Shown here piece after piece: positions 61,864-64,000 of a stretch of 64,000 nt of DNA. The DNA is taken from assembly GCA_964252035.1 (NCBI GenBank), contig CAXUOO010000297.1; one strand, written 5' to 3'. Origin of the DNA: Podarcis erhardii (Eukaryota). Each line of letters opens with the position of its first letter. Position 1 is the first letter of the stretch. The position numbers were made by a program, and so were the translations under genes. The notes under the pieces were generated by a model, which did no database searches, was not told the origin of the DNA, and saw only the letters and a program-made list of their open reading frames with translations.

Positions 61864-64000
61864 AACGTAGATTTTATACAGGACGTGCTGGCGGTAAGCG
61901 CGTTTTTCCAGTGAGTAGATTCTGGGATTTGAAGAAACGCTGATGTCGGCGAAGAGCTGTTCTGTGGTTCTATGTTTTGCAGTGTTTTTCTGCAATCGAT
62001 TCAGTTCAATATGAGTAGTGTGAGGGCGTCGATGCGTTCTAGATCTTTTATTTTTTATGGTTGCTGATGATGCGACTGTGCGATGAACATGCGACATACT
62101 AAGAAGGTACAACTGCATTAGTGCTAGATTGGTATCGCGGAACATGAGGCGATGATTTGTAGCATCGATATATCGTTTGAGATGATTGAGAACTGGGGGT
62201 TACGAAGAACATTTGCATATTTCTAATGTGTGTCAGGTATTCTCGAGCGGTCCAAGAAGTCCTGCATCGACAATCAAATGAATACAATTTATTGTACATC
62301 GTCGCAAGTCAATTGGCATCGTCTGCGTGACGGATGAGGGTTGCGTGTTCTGTGTATGCTCTGTTGGTGATGAGGAGACGCTGCTTTGTTTTGCGATTCG
62401 GAATGCGTTAAAGATGTCTCCAAAGATATATACATGACGCTTCGGTGAGCGCGATTGTTTTCAGCTAGTATAATCGGATGCTGCATTGGCTCATAAGCAG
62501 CTCCGAGATAGACTCGGAGGGTGCCTATTTTATTACACAGATATTTATATCCAGTTTGGAATGTGGCAGTATATAGTGCGTAACAAGGGAGAAGAAATTT
62601 GTACGAACAAGTAGAGCGTAGCGGATGCCTGGTCGTTTATATGTTGATGAGAACCTGTTTCTGAAGGCCACTCAAGTGTTGAAATGATCAATATGCTTGA
62701 CTTGTCGAAAATGTGTCGTTGTCGAGAGTCGCTGTTCTCAGCCGCTGGTACAATTCTGAAAGGTGTCGCTTGATGCTGCAAAAAATCAGCTCTAGATTTT
62801 TGGATTGTTGGCTAAAACACACGGCTTGTGGGCAGTTTGTGCCGCCTGCTTAGTGCTTGGAAGTTCGGCATATAGACTATCTAAACGGGAAGAATATATC
62901 GCATGGCTAGCACATAGTGCAATAGTGTATAAACAAGACTGCAAACGTGTGTTATAGGATCTGGTGGTCAGTGTAGTATTGGCGAAAGCAAACCGATTTT
63001 GTTGAAACTGATGATGTGCAGAGATGCGAGCAGAATGGCGCGGTGAGGAAAAAGGCAACTGCAAGAGAGTCTTCGTCTATCACAGATGAGATGATATCAT
63101 AGTGCTGACTGCTTTTATATAAGCAGGGATAAGAATTTGTGAGCTTTTTTATGTGATGGTAATTTGTGTAGCAGTTTCTACACTGTGGGCGGTAGTTGCA
63201 GTATGGTGGGTATAGGAACTGCGCAAGGGCGTTTTCTTTCCAACGCTATTCGTTCAACTAGTCAACCAAAACGTGTCAGCAGAATTAAAGATTGGCATAG
63301 ATCTTTCGGTCATAGAAAAAGCTAAACTGCTAGACGCCTTCATATGATACTGGTTCTTTCCTGGTTTCGCGTAGCTGGCATTTCTGTTTCGGTCTTAGAC
63401 TGTGACAAACAATCATGATAGAGTTTCATTTGTAAAAAGCAGAGCGTACGGTTTCCCTGTCTCAACAGCGTTTTGTATCAGGACATTGGTTTATTGATTC
63501 ATAGCCAGTGAGGTTCTGTGATGTAGCCTTGACTAGAGAGTCTGACTTCGAGGAACCGCGGTTGTATTTGAATCTCTCAGAACATAGGAAGAGACATGCG
63601 GTTTTGTGCTTAAATTTGGGTTAGAGAGGTCGAGGTCAGATCACACTTGGATTGCTTTGACAGCCTGTAAGTGCGTTTGTTAAGAAATGCGCGCTAGAGT
63701 AGATATAGAAAGCTGAGATGTAACGTGTCATGGCAGGTTTAATAAATGATTCACACAATGAATGGCGAATATGAAAAACGGGGACTGTTTTTCATATCTG
63801 GTCAAATCGAGTTGTTCGCAGTCAGGGCAAAATTACAATTCGTATGAATGCGAAGAAAGAATATGAATGGCTTGAGCGATTGACAATGAATGTTTACAAG
63901 GAAGAACCGTGTAGACTCTTGATAGCGTAAAATAGGTGTTCCGTTGTCTGAAGAAGGTGACGTCATTAAGGCGCGGAAACTAGCTCTGTGTGTGTGAACG
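61864..64000. repeat. Partial monomer M29, a near-identical copy of M1
   Basis: It shares the M1 haplotype along nearly its whole length (GTGTGAGGGCGTCG, TTACGAAGAACATT, AAACGGGAAGAATA, GCGCGCTAGAGTAG, AAATAGGTGTTCC). The ORF track offset is ~61861-61862. Confidence 0.9.

Larger units (their letters stand above)
1..64000. repeat. Tandem array of ~2.2 kb monomers (long-monomer satellite / macrosatellite), 28 full units plus one partial
   Basis: The anchor AACGTAGAT(T/G)CTATACAGGACG, or its diverged homologue, starts at 1, 2202, 4405, 6608, 8807, 11011, 13263, 15466, 17679, 19884, 22136, 24339, 26552, 28757, 30962, 33168, 35367, 37571, 39823, 42026, 44233, 46441, 48644, 50851, 53045, 55251, 57457, 59663 and 61864 (M1-M29). 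Unit lengths are 2194-2252 bp. There is no spacer and no inversion. The ORF track repeats with the same period. Confidence 0.99.

Noticed and set aside
61381-62145. Longest minus-strand ORFs (254 aa here, 186 aa at 57124-57684, 160 aa at 60099-60581) and the many 60-120 aa minus-strand ORFs
   Set aside because: I recognise no protein family. The same frames are interrupted by stops or shifts in most other monomers. The longest ones arise where singleton indels fuse frames in the error-prone part of the window. The skewed composition also favours stop-poor minus-strand frames.
1-64000. CRISPR array or other repeat-spacer system
   Set aside because: There are no short constant repeats separated by unique spacers. 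Every position of each unit is homologous to the other units, and no cas-like ORFs are present.
1-64000. Concatemer of kinetoplast-type minicircles or of a small plasmid or viral circle
   Set aside because: I did not see the universal minicircle sequence GGGGTTGGTGTA, any variable guide cassette or a Rep ORF. The nested duplications and in-register divergent islands fit a chromosomal array better.
1-64000. Tandem transposon copies or RIP-mutated fungal repeat
   Set aside because: I saw no terminal inverted repeats, LTRs, target-site duplications, poly(A) tail or transposase/RT remnant. TG dinucleotides are abundant, which is contrary to RIP. A fully decayed transposon origin cannot be excluded without a database search.

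Overview
The whole 64 kb window is one uninterrupted head-to-tail tandem array of a ~2.2 kb monomer: 28 complete units plus a partial 29th, all in the same orientation. I can support no protein-coding gene, RNA gene, transposon or CRISPR array. The short ORFs in the track recur only because the repeat recurs, and they are broken by 1-, 4- and 5-bp indels between copies. The array is structured. Most monomers belong to one closely related family whose members are patchworks of a few haplotype segments. A ~4.6 kb island of much older, divergent monomers is embedded in register three times. There is a near-perfect 8,873-bp four-monomer duplication, an older ~9.7 kb duplication at offset 26,560, and several recent one-monomer duplications. 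The last monomer nearly repeats the first, at ~61.86 kb. The + strand is G/T-rich, and CpG is not depleted in the stretch I counted. The best reading is a eukaryotic long-monomer satellite (macrosatellite) with higher-order repeats under active unequal crossover and gene conversion. A centromeric or other structural role is a hypothesis only. The host organism and the origin of the monomer cannot be determined from the sequence by eye. All alignments were done by eye, so junction coordinates are approximate.
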